Of a stretch of 64,000 nt of DNA, positions 36,939-49,385 are shown piece by piece. The notes under the pieces were generated by a model. That model was not told where the DNA came from. It saw only the letters and a program-made list of their open reading frames with translations, and did not search any database. The stretch is from NCBI GenBank assembly GCA_973895155.1, contig OZ316891.1:21278169-21342168 (forward strand). Direction: 5' to 3'. The DNA comes from Marsupella aquatica. Its lineage: Eukaryota; Plantae; Marchantiophyta. Position 1 is the stretch's first letter; the number at the start of each line of letters is the position of its first letter. The position numbers and the translations under genes are program-made.

Positions 36939-38795
36939 TCACGATTGACTGGTTTCTAATGAATGCTCTGCAGTCCCATTGAGACCGCGACTGTACACAC
37001 TCGAGATCACCGGCTTCCCGGGTTTTAAAGGGACCATGCTATGATCCGTTGTCAGCTGTACCCCCTCCTGCGTGAGATTATATAGACATGTCTGAAAGTA
37101 GGGCGCAAGATCATTGATACGCAGCCCATTCAAATTGTTATATGGACACGAATACCTTACCTCAGCTGTCTGGTAGCATAAATCAACAGTCGTGTCCCTC
37201 TCACAAGCAGGAAGATCATCACCCTCTCTAGTCTCGATCTTCCATGGAATTAGAGAGCCATAGGCCTGGCCCAACCCTCCAAATGTGGAGATGGGAGTGT
37301 TGAGCAGAGTGTCTGAGAAACTGAGAAGAAAAATCTCTACCAGTGACTGGGCATCCACATCCACTCCAAATGCCTGCACAGAATTGCTGGTAAGTTGGAT
37401 CAAAGTTACGTTGTCTCCAGACACCAGAGGTCTAGACAAGTACACATTCGTCATGTGGTCCTGGAACCCAGTGTAGAGCGAGGCGACAAAAACTTGTACA
37501 GCCTTTTTACCCCGCGGTTCAGGAAACGGGGTACCACTTGCATTTGTTTGCAGAGCAGGAAAAATGCCATTCTCAATAGCGCAGGACATGATGCGCTCGT
37601 TGAAGATGTCATTCATCTGGTCGTATTGAACCCTCCCATAGTAGTACCGGACCTGAATGCCCACTCTGTGATCTACCTTTGGAAAATGAGCCTTCTCAGT
37701 TTCGACCACTTTCTCCCACACATGATCCTGTGGCAGCATGATGGTCCTCAGCATCTGCGTGAGCACAAATCTGCCAGGGAAGAGAGCATCCAAAGTCTTG
37801 CGAAAGGTTGGCACTGCGAAGAACTTCGGAATGGTGTAAATGCACCCGGTGAAGTAGAGCCATGTGACTCCATAGAAACTGGATTGTTCTTTGTCGCAGA
37901 AGAACCTGTTGTCCGGATGGTACTGAGAAAGCTCCATGCTTGCAGCAAACACATTTGACTGGGGAGAGTCCAAATACGCAGAGGTGTTATTGGTCATCCC
38001 TTCATCCAGCTCCGCGTACAAATCCTTGTAGAAAACCCAGATGTGCTGGGCCTCGTCTGACCAGGGGTAAAACGAGAACGGGCTGTAGGAATCCAAATCC
38101 CATGAAGAACCAGAGAAGGGCTCGCACATGAGGGTGGTCATCAGGTTGCTTTGGGGGACCAATACCACTCTCTGAGTCAAAATCGCATACAGAATAACAC
38201 TTGTGACGGATAAGATCCTGTTGGAGAGCCCAGCAGGGATGCCAAAATCAATGTCAGCAACTGCAAACTTACAGCCTGAGCTGGTATTCATCTCTAGGAA
38301 CTGCTCTCTGAGGTTGCCACCTAATTTCTGCATACAAGTCCGGTGGAGTGTACTGTACTCCTGCAGAACCATATCCCAGAGAGGATTGTCCGCCATATCC
38401 CTCACATCCTTCCTCCTAGCGTACATAGGAGTGAGCTCTACACGACTTCGGCAAGGGTTGGTGCGAGTCCAGTTCTGATAGTCCTCATGACTAAAGATTG
38501 GCGGGTCCACCCCATTATTGGCAGCTCGAGCTGCTGCTCTGGTTGCTTCCAGCAACTCTAGGACACTCTTAGGAACGTCCGGTCTAGGTAGCGTGTTATG
38601 GACAAGAGACTCAACATGTTTGCTCTCTATGACGCTCTTGAGATGGCGGATCTCGTGGGTCCTGCTTGACAATAGCCTAAAACTGAAAACGGAGCTCAGG
38701 AAGGTAACCATTAAGATGCAGGATGCTAACTGTATCCTCAGTCCCGTGTTCATGGTCATCTTCGTTGACGTGTTCATAATCATCTTAACTGACAT
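36939..38795 (-). CDS. GT37 (xyloglucan FUT1/MUR2-like) alpha-1,2-fucosyltransferase, intronless CDS
   Basis: 618-aa ORF with N-terminal TM anchor and motifs GLSNRILSVTSVILYAILTQRV, MCEPFSGSSW, RFFCD, RVGIQVR, VFVASL, EIFLLSFSD.LLNTPISTFGGLGQ. Confidence 0.93.
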   Translation of the reverse strand: MSVKMIMNTSTKMTMNTGLRIQLASCILMVTFLSSVFSFRLLSSRTHEIRHLKSVIESKHVESLVHNTLPRPDVPKSVLELLEATRAAARAANNGVDPPIFSHEDYQNWTRTNPCRSRVELTPMYARRKDVRDMADNPLWDMVLQEYSTLHRTCMQKLGGNLREQFLEMNTSSGCKFAVADIDFGIPAGLSNRILSVTSVILYAILTQRVVLVPQSNLMTTLMCEPFSGSSWDLDSYSPFSFYPWSDEAQHIWVFYKDLYAELDEGMTNNTSAYLDSPQSNVFAASMELSQYHPDNRFFCDKEQSSFYGVTWLYFTGCIYTIPKFFAVPTFRKTLDALFPGRFVLTQMLRTIMLPQDHVWEKVVETEKAHFPKVDHRVGIQVRYYYGRVQYDQMNDIFNERIMSCAIENGIFPALQTNASGTPFPEPRGKKAVQVFVASLYTGFQDHMTNVYLSRPLVSGDNVTLIQLTSNSVQAFGVDVDAQSLVEIFLLSFSDTLLNTPISTFGGLGQAYGSLIPWKIETREGDDLPACERDTTVDLCYQTAEVRYSCPYNNLNGLRINDLAPYFQTCLYNLTQEGVQLTTDHSMVPLKPGKPVISSVYSRGLNGTAEHSLETSQS

Positions 38796-39724
38796 TTCAA
38801 CGCCGTTGCCAATAAAAGTGTCACTAATCTAAGACCTGTTTCATGAAATCCACCGAAATGCGTGGTTCATATAGTTCCGGGAACGAGAAAAATAATTCTA
38901 GCAGAAGTGGAGACCACACCATCTCCAAGACATCTCTCGCTCGGAATTCCGTCCACATCCAACCGGCCGGACTTCGAATGAATCCAAACAAGAAGTGATG
39001 TGGCTGCCAGTGACTGTTGCCGCGGTCGAACAGCAGAACCCTCCAGCTGGTCGATCCCGTCGAATAAAGTCTTGAGGTCTAAAACCCTCTGACGGACTTC
39101 CTCTCTAAGACGAGCTCTCGATTTCAAGCAGTTAACCTTGCAGCACATATTTCTGTCTCGTCCACGTGCTGTAAATATGGCGAAAGACGTAGGTGCCGCA
39201 GCCAAGTACTTCCGTCATCGTCCCGAACACCAGTACAGCTGACCATCTTACCATCTGCCCGTAAAACCACACGTGAAGCAGCTAAACCTGCTCAATCCCA
39301 CTTTGCGTTTCCCACATTCACCCTTCAGAAACGAGCCACGGTGAACCTCGATGAGCGGACAACTTTACAAGATCCGAGCTCAAGCAGAACAATAATCAGC
39401 AACTGCGTGGGAAAACCGACAGACTCGACAGCCCCCGGAGCCCATCACCCTATTACTTTGTAGAAACGATCAATTCAAATTTCCTGTACAAGTATACGAA
39501 GAAGTGTGACGGCAAGTTCTTCGCGAGACGCGACACACAAACGGGAGGCAGGCGCTTGGAAAGGAGATATTCCCTAGTCTAAGACACTACTTTTCACCCA
39601 AGTATGACGAAGACTTCAATTGCACAATAAAAAATTCCTTCCGTGGCCAACGTGTAGGAAACGACAACGCCACAAGGGTGAGATGTATAATATGAGGTCC
39701 GTCTCGGCAAAACTGAACATTCAC

Positions 39725-40503
39725 CTCACACTAAGGCACACACGATGACTGTCACATCCCCTATGGCTTGACCAAGCAATATGCACTGGCGACGAGGAAA
39801 TTGTGATCTTCTCTATAACGCTACACAGAACCAGTAACCCGAATAGGGATCGCAATCAGACGAAACTTTCACAATCGAAGCCTAAATCTAAGAATTGATG
39901 CAGGACACAAATTTACTCACTTCAAGTACTATTGGGTACAGGAAGAAACCGTACACGAAGTTGGACAAAAATGACTACCTTGTCCAGGCCGACACGCCAG
40001 AAGGAGGTTTTCACAATGTTGGCCAGAGCTTGACAGGCCATAACTGCACATTTCTCCAAAACGATGAGCTTCGATTTGTAATTAAATTCCGAAACGATAA
40101 GCTAAGCATCGACTCCAGCGCAGAGCTCTGGCATCAAGCAATAACAATCCCGCCCAAGCAGTGCAGAGAAAGCGAAGAAAATCCACACTACGACAGCGTA
40201 CAGCAGCGCCAACCCAATTCGGTTGGTTTCACAACCGATTAGAGTAACACAGCTGTGTGACAAAACCTCAAATACTTTCCGTAATGCAGAGCTCTAGAAA
40301 TATAACAGACATCTCACGTCACCGGCAGTCAGATATATCTGCATCTAGAACTGTAACTGACGTCTCACGTGACCAGCAGCCAGATAGATAGATAGGGTCC
40401 GGCATACCATTTTGAGTCCGCACACCCTGCCCTGTCGATCGTCAAACAAGTCCACGTCTGCCGGTAGAACCACAAGTGAACCACCGAAACCTCCTCAATC
40501 CCG
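39725..40503 (-). pseudogene. CCT1: 5' fragment (three exons) of CCT1/TCP-1 alpha with intact splice sites
   Basis: Exon 40503-40408: DLFDDRQ/GQGVRTQN (frameshifted). Exon 40043-39979: VMACQALANIVKTSFWRVGLDK. Exon 39785-39725: LLGQAIGDVTV. Matches plant CCT1 GDRQSGQDVRTQNVMACQAV.NIVK.SLGPVGLDKMLVDDIGDVT. Confidence 0.85.
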
Positions 40504-41572
40504 CTGTCAGTGCATTCCCCGCATTCACCTTCCAAAAACGAGCCAAATTTCCTGCGCGACCGGATATGTGCTCGTCGATGCGCCGCTACACGGCGGGACT
40601 ACTTTACAAGCTCCAAGCTGAAGCAGCACAAGAGAGTGCAACCAGCTATGTGGAAACTCCAACACAAATCAAATCCCCAAGCACAGCGAATGAGAGCTCA
40701 AACGCACGAGACGATCTCTTCCCGAACCGACTGCTTCAACGCAACCACTTCCTCTAGCAGACAACGTGAGACCGAGCTTATTGCGGACCAGCACATCAAA
40801 CCAATCCCAACACCCGCCTTCTTCATTCCCCCTTCGCTTTTCCGCCCTCATCTACAGTACTACATCCTCCTCCCTCAAATCGAATCAGCAGCCAGCGGGG
40901 AGAGATGCGGCCCGTGAGTCAGTCGTGCGCACTTGTCAAGGGATGGAGGCGCATCGATCTCCAGAGTAAAAAGTTGCAACCGCCAGAGAGCTCGAGCTCG
41001 AGAGCGAGAGCGAATGATGAATAGTTTCTTCAGCAGTAGCAAGAGCAGGAGCAGCTGACGAGGCGCCACTCGAGGAGGCGAAGGAGCCGGGCAGCGCGGA
41101 GATGGCAGAGGTGTTCGATTTTCGTGTGAGGAAATCGATGCGCTCTCTCTCCATTGCTCAGATCTCGGTGTACATGCTATCTCGGCAGGGCTCGAGCCTC
41201 GAGAGCACGATTGCACGGACGTAAAGGATAATGGCGGTTTAGTCTGGTCCACGGAATTGTACATCAAAATATGACATGTGTACGGCAAATTTCCATCATA
41301 CCGTAATAAACCTCCTCTTTATTTTCTTTAGATCAATGCACACCATATGTTACCCCCGGTTTGACCTGTCAAACTGGCCCAAAAACGAAGTCAAATCGAC
41401 AAACTGGTCTCCCGGAGTTGGGGTCGGGTCCGGGTGTGAGGACGGAGCCGGGCCGGGTGTTAGGGGGTTTGGGATGGGGTCAGGAGGAGTCTGGGCCCGG
41501 ACCGGGCCAAGGTCGGCAGGGTTTGTGATTGGGTCGGGAGGAGTCTGGGAATACCAAACAAGTAAATACCAG

Positions 41573-41595
41573 AGGGTTAGGGTTTAGGGTTTAGG
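41573..41595 (+). repeat. Short interstitial telomere-like (TTTAGGG) tract
   Basis: gggttagggtttagggtttagg. A similar short tract is at ~62431-62448. Confidence 0.55.
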
Positions 41596-41799
41596 AGTCG
41601 AGAGGAGTCTGGTAGAGAGATGTGCAGTAAGTGATGTATATGGGCTTTGGATGATGTTGTTGTTCATGACATTTCTTGATTTGAGTGTTATATCTAACAA
41701 GATGCAGATTGTTTTGCAATTGTGAAGAAAGAGAAAGCAAGAATAATGCAATCCATACTCACTTGATTGATACAAATCAAGAACAATTTTGAAAATCAT

Positions 41800-42220
41800 T
41801 TTACACTCATGAGGATGATTTACTCCTTTGTGTGAAGCAATATTTGCAACACTGTTTGCCTGCTCTGGAGGGTGACATGAGTCCTGACCTTTTCTTGGGG
41901 CCCATTCCTAATACTATGGGCAAGGTGTGTATAATCTCAAGTATAAGGTTTCTCAGGATCATGGTGGGAAGTGGTTGAGTAATATGTTGAGTTTAATTGG
42001 ATTGCCTAGTGATCTGTTTTCAAACCGAAGTGGAAGGTCCCCTTTAGTCACTTGTATGGCTGCCAAAGGAGTACTAGATGAAGTGGGATGATGATCAATG
42101 GCCACCACACAAACAATGGATACTCAAGGACGGTATGATCACACACAGGAGTTGAAAATGAATGTTGTTGTCCTTGTTTATGCTAATCCAAATGTTGATG
42201 AGGAGGGGGCGCGGCCTTGA
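41800..42220 (+). pseudogene. Tyrosine recombinase remnant, Crypton/DUF3504-like
   Basis: With frameshifts: CVKQYLQHC..PDLFLGPIP..V(W)Y..KWLSNMLSLIGLPSDLFSNRSGRSPLVTCMAAKGVLDEVGMMINGHHTNNGYSR-YDHT, i.e. NxSGR, GH and catalytic Y at the expected spacing. Confidence 0.7.
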
Positions 42221-42529
42221 TGGAAGTGTCCAAGAAATTTGTGGAGGAGAAGGTGGTCAGCAACTCAGGTCTTCTCAAATCATTCATTGACAAGGTCAGC
42301 ATAAAATTGAATCTGCACCTGTCGCGTATGAATCCAAGACTTCAGGTATTTTGGTGATTTCCAAATCTTGATGCTTGATATCTTCTTGTTGTTCATGTTC
42401 ATTTCAGAGTCTGATTTATGGTCCTATTGGTGGCAGGAAGCAAGCAGTGGAAAAGCAAGTGAAGAACTTGCACTTAACAAGGGCAACGACAAGGAAGTTC
42501 AAAAAATTCAAGAATCTTGCATGAATTGT

Positions 42530-44000
42530 TTTTTTTTAAGACTCTCCAGCTGGTCTAACAAACAGTTCTCTTTCACAGGTTGTGTTCTTCTCATCAAGCA
42601 AGTCCTACAGTCAATGACAGTCTACCACATGATGTATACTTACATTGCAGGCAGCCTTTCTAAACAGATTTGTCAAACTTGTGAAGATTTTCTATGGGGA
42701 TATAATAAAGACGGAGGCATGAAGACTCCCCTTGTTTCTTGGGATCGGATGTGTTGCAGGAAGCAGGACGGTGGCCTTGGGTTCAAAGATATTCAACCGC
42801 AAGCTTTGGCCCTGCTTGCCAGATGGACGGTCATAATGATAACGGACCCAAAGTTGGACTAGACAAAGCTTTTTTCTGCTAATATCAGATTGGTCGCTTG
42901 GAATCAGTCGGTTCTCCTAAGAGAGTCGGGATCCACTCCTATGGACAGATTCCCTTGTTCATCCCCCTTGGGTTTCCATGGTATGAATTATACTGAGGAT
43001 ATATGGCGGGCTTGGTATCAGATCTGGGAGTACTTGCACTGGCACTCTAACTCCCTTCCCCTTCCTACCCGATGGCATATAGATGACCTCCTCAGAATAT
43101 TTTTCCGTTCTCAGAGTCTCTCCATAGCTATTCTCCCAATCAGTTCTTCTGCTTGCTCCAGGTTACATATAAGATCTATTTTTGATCTTTGGGTCTGGCA
43201 TGATGACATCTAGATAGACTTCTCATTCAAAATCTCTCACCTACGTGGCATTGGGGCTTTGACCTCCATTGTTCTCTCTAACATTCTCTGCTATTTTCAA
43301 GATGGACCTCAACCATCCGGCTCTTCTTCTTTTGTTCATTCACAGTGCTATTGGAAGGGATTAATAAACATCACCATTCCCCTCGTTCTCTAAGGAGTGT
43401 TCAGGCATACAAGTATATTGATAGGTCGATCTGGAGATGACATCTGTTCATTGAACATCCGGTGGGGAACACCTGACTCCAGTTCACTTGGCAGAGAAGA
43501 TGGAGGCGGATTTGGAGGTTGGACTTGTCACATTGTGCGAAGATATTTCTCTGGCAGGTCCTTGCTACTGGTTTGTTCACGGGTCAGAGAGCTTTTCAAT
43601 GCAGCCATGGGGATGACATGTGCCCTTTTTGCCATAGTTGCCCTGAAGATATCAAGCACATTTTTGTTTCCTGTACTCAAGCATCTTAGCCTAGAATCGG
43701 ACCACATGGTTCTATGAACGGGCTCCTGCTATTCTTTGCTCCCGGGTGGCCAATCCCTCACCACCATGCTCGACCTGGCTCTAGGGAGATCTCCTTGACT
43801 ATCGGCCCGTATTTTTGTTATCTATCAAACTCTGTGGTTACTATGGAAAAATTGTAACTCCCATCACTTTTAGGGATTATCTGTTGTATATTCGCCTTCA
43901 GCAGCCTCTTCCGCTGCTCTTGAGCATAAACACTCTCTTGCCTTGGTTTGGACTCTGAAAAAAAGAGACTGCACTACACTGAGAAATATATCCCGAGTCC
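42530..44000 (+). mobile_element. 5'-truncated degenerate L1 LINE (ORF2 C-terminal part)
   Basis: RLSSWSNKQFSF..VLLIKQVLQSM, FLWG, LVSWDRMC..KQDGGLGFKD, and zf-RVT-like KIFLWQ...CPFCHSCPEDIKHIFVSC with stops and frameshifts. Confidence 0.85.
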
Positions 44001-45955
44001 CTTGCAAATCGTCTCCCTTGTTAACCTCTCTCTTTCTGTGTCTATCCTTCCCCATCACATCTCTAAATATGTTGTTTTTTTGTTTATAGATTCCCTCACC
44101 CCCCATCTGTTTGTTTATCCTCGGCCATCCGGTTATGGTTTCACACCAGATCATGATCGCTCTTCTCCTATCTATCCCTGGTTTGATGGCTTTCCTTTTG
44201 TCCTCCCTGGCGGGCTCCTTGGGTGCCCATCGATGGGTTCACATTCTGCGACCCTGGTTATCCATCTGGGAGGTTGGGTTGGTATTGGTTCCTCGTAGCT
44301 CTCATTCTCTCGGGTTGATATATGTGTAATATTTTTGGGTATGTGCAATCACTAATTGGCTGCCTCCCATCTTCTGTCCTTTCCCCGACCTCTCTTTGTA
44401 ACCGTGTTCTTCCGCTCAATGGGGAAGGTTGCTCTCCCCTTTTTCTTTCTTGCTATGCCAACCATGGATCTGCTCTGCTCTCTTCTATTTGAGTGTTGGA
44501 TCTAGTATGCTTTGGATCATCGTTAAGAAGATAGTATATATGTCTCTTGGCAGGTTAGATATTGCTATCTTCTGCCACTCTCCTTTTTTATTACTCTCAC
44601 ATGGACTATTATCATTTGTCAACGTCAGTGTATAGGATTCTAATTTAGTGTAGTGTAGCTTGGTTCATCAATATAGTAGGTAGTTTCTACTTATGAGATG
44701 TTTGATTTGCTCGGCTGCATATTGATTGGATCTCTGGCCTTGGTCTCCGGGTTGGGCTTGGGCATTCTCCTTGAGCCCATCAGTCTTAAGTAATATGCGG
44801 AGTAAGTGCAAACGCTTGAAGGTTGGTTTCTATAAATTTTGAACTAATAATTATTAATATTACCAGTAACAAGATAACTTTTTTTTATAGAAAAACAGAA
44901 ATAACAAGGGGTAAGAGGGACGGGTTCACGGTTGCAGTGGGGATTGCAGGGGGCTTCACTAATTTTACTTGGACTGAGGGCCCAGGGGGCACTCTCCATT
45001 CTCCCCGTCGGCTATCATATTTGGACAATGGCGAGTGCAAACGAATAGTTCTGAGTCCCATGGTTTTCTAGAGTCTTTTTGTTGACTACAAAGATTTTTT
45101 GCATCATGCTGCCATCCGGTCACCCATTTATAGAGTATACGTTGGCCTGCCACATCATTTTTCCTTGCTGTCTTGGGGATGGAAGCTACGGACTATATGA
45201 CTCCCTCAATAACAAAAATGGCATGGTCAACTTTTTCCTTGTTTCGCGTTCACACAGAGCCACATTGACTAAATCTCATTTGGTTCGCTATCTGCTATGT
45301 GATGGAGGTTCCTCGGTTTTGTCCTGGCCAAGGGTACCAGATAATGCCTCGAGCTTGGAGGACACAACAGTGGATCGGGTTTGTCCCTTTGGTCACAGAT
45401 GTATTCTGTGGGGCTCTCTTTGTTGGCGAACCAGATTTTATCCTTGTATAAGGGTACCATGTGAATTAAGCTGATACAAGAGAAAAGATAATAGGACAAC
45501 AGTGCATTGGGGCCAGGTGGGATGGAGAAGATGATATGGTGCCAGGGGAGATGGAGATTTGCCGGGACCCAGCCTGGATCCGGGTTGGTCTCTGTCGGTG
45601 TGTGCGGTTCTTGGATGCTTTCTCGCTGGGTAGTTAGTGGTTCTCTTCTTAGGGTGCCTCCTTTCCCCCCATGCCAGCTTGCCCCCTTTTTTGGCAGGCT
45701 GGTTGGGAGGTCCCTTTCTCCTTTTCTATGGGTGTGCTCCCTCTCTCAGCCCCCTTAATTGGTTTTTTCTATTCCCTGTCCTCCTTTTCAGGTGGGATTT
45801 TGTTTTATGGTTCCTTGGAAAGAAGGCGGGAAAGAAGGACAAGGAAGTTTGTAGTCTGTCAGTATTTCAGTGCAATGTAATTTAGGTTAATGTGTTTCTT
45901 GTGCTAATTATGTGTTGTTTCTCTCACTGGTTTTCTATGAATTGCATCAGTCCAA

Positions 45956-46208
45956 CTAACCTGTGAACTCAGCAGAGCAAGAGAAGAGGCTTGCTAAGTG
46001 GCACAAGAAGTTTGATGAGGTTGACTGGAGAGGAGAGATAACCAAGGATGACCCGGAATTTGCAGCTCGACCATTTGGTGGAGGGCCTTCTAGTTCTAGT
46101 GTTTCTATAGGTAACAGTGTTTCAGAGAATAGATTCAAAAACTGTTCTATCACCTTCATTGTGAAGGATGATAAAGAGGATAAAGACCCAATTGCAAAGG
46201 GCACCTGA
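45956..46208 (+). pseudogene. Possible C-terminal piece of the Crypton-like gene
   Basis: Coding-like ORF ending SSSSVSIGN..NRFKNCSITF on the same strand beyond the LINE. Low-complexity plus FxNC.I.F tails resemble Crypton-related proteins (inference). Confidence 0.35.
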
Positions 46209-49139
46209 TGTAATTTCCAATCACTTCTTACAGATTACAGATTGTAGAACAAACCAGATTCCATCCATAAATGTTCTAGATGATCAGGTCTTTGCTTCAG
46301 TCATTTACATTGATGCTAGTAAATAAGCATTTTCACAGATTACAAAACCATGTAAAGGGTCAGACTCTGGATTTTTTTATGAAGTGGTGACTTTCAAAGA
46401 TGAATTTGGTTGGACGGAATGGATCTAAATGTGAAAGATGGCACTATTTGTCATTCTGTTCCAAGTTTCATTGATACCACTCTGCAAAACAAAAACATAA
46501 ACTCAAATCAAAAGGAGTTAACCACATATTTGAAAAGGAAGGACGGGTGTCAAGAATGGATGGAATATGCTATTTTCCCCAAGAATATTCTAGTTTTGTA
46601 ACCCGATTGGGAGATTCTGTAAGGCTATTATGGAGTTTCCATAACACTCATTACGGTTAAACCAAATATTATGGAAATAGAGACACTAACAGAAAACTTC
46701 AAAGGCTGGTAACCCAAAGACTAACCTCTATTACGAAGGGCAGAAGACTGAGGGATGATTGGTCTTGAGAAATCCGTGGTCTTGAGAAATCCGTGTACGG
46801 TTTTGCACATGGTTCTTTTAGTTTTGAGAAACTTCTGAGAAACTCTATGAGGGAATATAGTGGTTAATGTGGAGTGTAGCAGTAGGAAGAGGAAACGGTT
46901 GGTTTAGGAGGGACTGACTGATTGAGTGAAATAATAAAATACCGTGTGGACTGGTTCCAGTAGGGTCTAAAAATGATTGACACTGGGCCAGCAGCCGTAA
47001 GGTGGACTGTGGCAAGCTTTTTCTTCTATTAACTAACCCCCTTGAAAAACTTTCTATATTATTTTCTGTGCATTCATGGAGCAGAATGCATAGTCAGAAT
47101 TTGGGTTGACTTAGTATGAATCTTCTCGAGAATCTTCTCCTATGTTTTGCTAAAACAGTTAAAATAAAAGATTTCTTAGGTTTAACGTGTGAAAGACGTT
47201 ACTCTCCTCTACAGTCTTTCTTTTGTTGAAGAGTGGGTTGGGCTAAAGCAAGGTTTAAGTAAGGGGTGATATATTAGTGTGGTGGGACCTAGCAACAAAA
47301 CCACAGTGGTGAGGGGGCACTTATGTGCTACTTTTGTTGCAAGGCGCTTGTGCTGTGTTGACATTGCTTATTTACTAGCAACAATGCTTATTAACTAGCA
47401 GTAGGTGAGTTAGAAGCGGGAGAGGCCTCAACTGCATACCAAAAGCCCTCTCCCATCCTTCTCGATAAAATTTGACGCCTGTCCAAACATCCACTGTCTC
47501 CACCTTGCAATGTTTTTCGCTCAGTGATCCTCTCACTTCTTTTCTTGCAGCATATTTGGGGAGAGGATGCAGTAGGTTGCCACCATGCACCCCTCCCTAA
47601 ACCCTCACAACTCCTTGCCACCCACCAAGAAAGTATTGTAAAAGTTTGCCTCACTAAGCTGATATTTGTCCCTCCAGACAAATTTCTCTATTTAGGAGCC
47701 TATTCCATGAAAGTCTTGCCCCAATCTGAGGGGTTTAGGTGCGAAGCATGGATTTCAATCTGTAGGAATATTATAGTTTGAACCTGCTTCCCTCATTTTC
47801 CCCAAAACCAGTTGCAAAATTAGCTTCCAAGAGTAGTCAGACAAAATACATCTTTCTAATAAAGCACGGTCAAAAACTAGGATAAGGAGCTACTTCCTAG
47901 AGTGAAGGTCGTAGACTGTGACTCAGTGAAACATCAATGGTTGGGAGTGGAACTGGAAATGGGCACCAACATGGCAATCAATTGGGTGAAATGTTACATG
48001 AATTTAACTGGTTCCAATTAACTAGAGACTGAAGCTTAACAATGTAGTTTATGTAAAGTTCTATCTTTGGAAATTTCATGAGGTGTTGCAAGAAACAGGC
48101 ATGAGACCTGGTGGTTTCAAAAGCAGTTAGAGAAAATTGAAAGCTCCATATTATTTGCCTCTTCTTTTGAGATTGGTGTTTGATAACTTTTGCTTTTATT
48201 GCGTTGCATTTATACTTCAATGCACTTTGTTTGGCTTTAATCCATTATACTATTATTTCATATTTCATTGAACGTTGTTTGGCTTTAACTCCATTGTACT
48301 TTGTTTAGCTGTTTAGTAAATCGGTCCTTTTTCTTAGTACTATGATCTTTGAGCTAGAACTTTGGATGGGACCTCACCTCCTTCATAAAGTATGTAAGGC
48401 TTCACTCTTCTTCACATCCTAGCCATTGCTCTCCTTTCTTAGATAGTGTCATCCCTGATGGTTCAGGTCCTCTGCCGAATGTTAATTATTCTTTACTTCA
48501 GTAAAAAATGCATAGCTTAATATTTTCTCCTGATTTAGTTATTTAGTTTTGAAATAACATAAACACTGAAGAGTGTGTACATCAAAATACTTAGAATACT
48601 CTTAAAATTTCCAAAGCTATTCTATATGCCATTTAACATCCTAAAGACAGTGCACACGGGCTAAAAGAGAATTTGGTATCATTTTATGGCCCCCGGGATG
48701 GGCCCCCAATGTCATGTAAAGTGAAATGCAACAGATGGTGCTAGAGTAATTTACTAGGAGACAGTTTGAGGCCCCACTCCACCGAAAAGTTACATACAGT
48801 AGTTATTTGGCTAGGGAGGTTCTTGCTCTCACAAGAGTAGATCTGATGAGGGGCAGGTGGGTCCAAAGACTCAAAATAGGAATGAGCCAAGTGGCCAGAT
48901 GAAGAGACTTCCAAAGAGAGGTGGGACAAAAATGTGCGCAAACAAAAGTTGGGTCCCACTCTATTCCATGTAGGATGGGGATACTATGGAAAGAAACTAT
49001 CCCCACTATCTTGTGAAGTGAACATCATTGTATCTGCTAATCGATGGCCCTGATCACATCTTGGAGACCAAAATTGAAAGTACCTTTTATTATATTTCAC
49101 ACTGCCAAAAAGACATAAATACCAAACCCGGACACATAA

Positions 49140-49385
49140 TCCCACATGCTAAAAGACCCAATAAAGGGAAGAAAAAGGGTAAGACCCTGAGAGGACCAAA
49201 GAGGCCCAACAAGCCAAAGAGTCCCTCACAACTACAAAAAGTCCATAAAGAGGCTAAGAAATAAAATCCTACTGGACGGTAAAGGGATAGAAAAAGGTAA
49301 GACCCTGAGAGGACCAAAGAGGCCCAACAAGCCAAAGAGTCCCTCACAACTACGAAAAGTCCATAAAGAGAGCTAAGAACAAAAA
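49140..49385. repeat. 118-bp tandem duplication, related inverted copy at ~33850-33910
   Basis: ggtaagaccctgagaggaccaaagaggcccaacaagccaaagagtccctcacaactac at 49178 and 49296. cccaacaagcc...tccctcacaacta on the minus strand at ~33855-33885. Confidence 0.75.

Noticed and set aside
39252-39402. Fourth CCT1-derived exon
   Set aside because: Splice sites are good but similarity (IVLLELG vs VLVELA) is too weak to assign. Treated as a generic leader exon.
41573-41595. Chromosome end or telomere fusion
   Set aside because: Only about three repeats. Such short tracts are common in plant promoters and TEs.
44880-45500. Second, minus-strand LINE 3' end
   Set aside because: Only a weak YLFSC-like motif and a T-rich boundary, insufficient to call.
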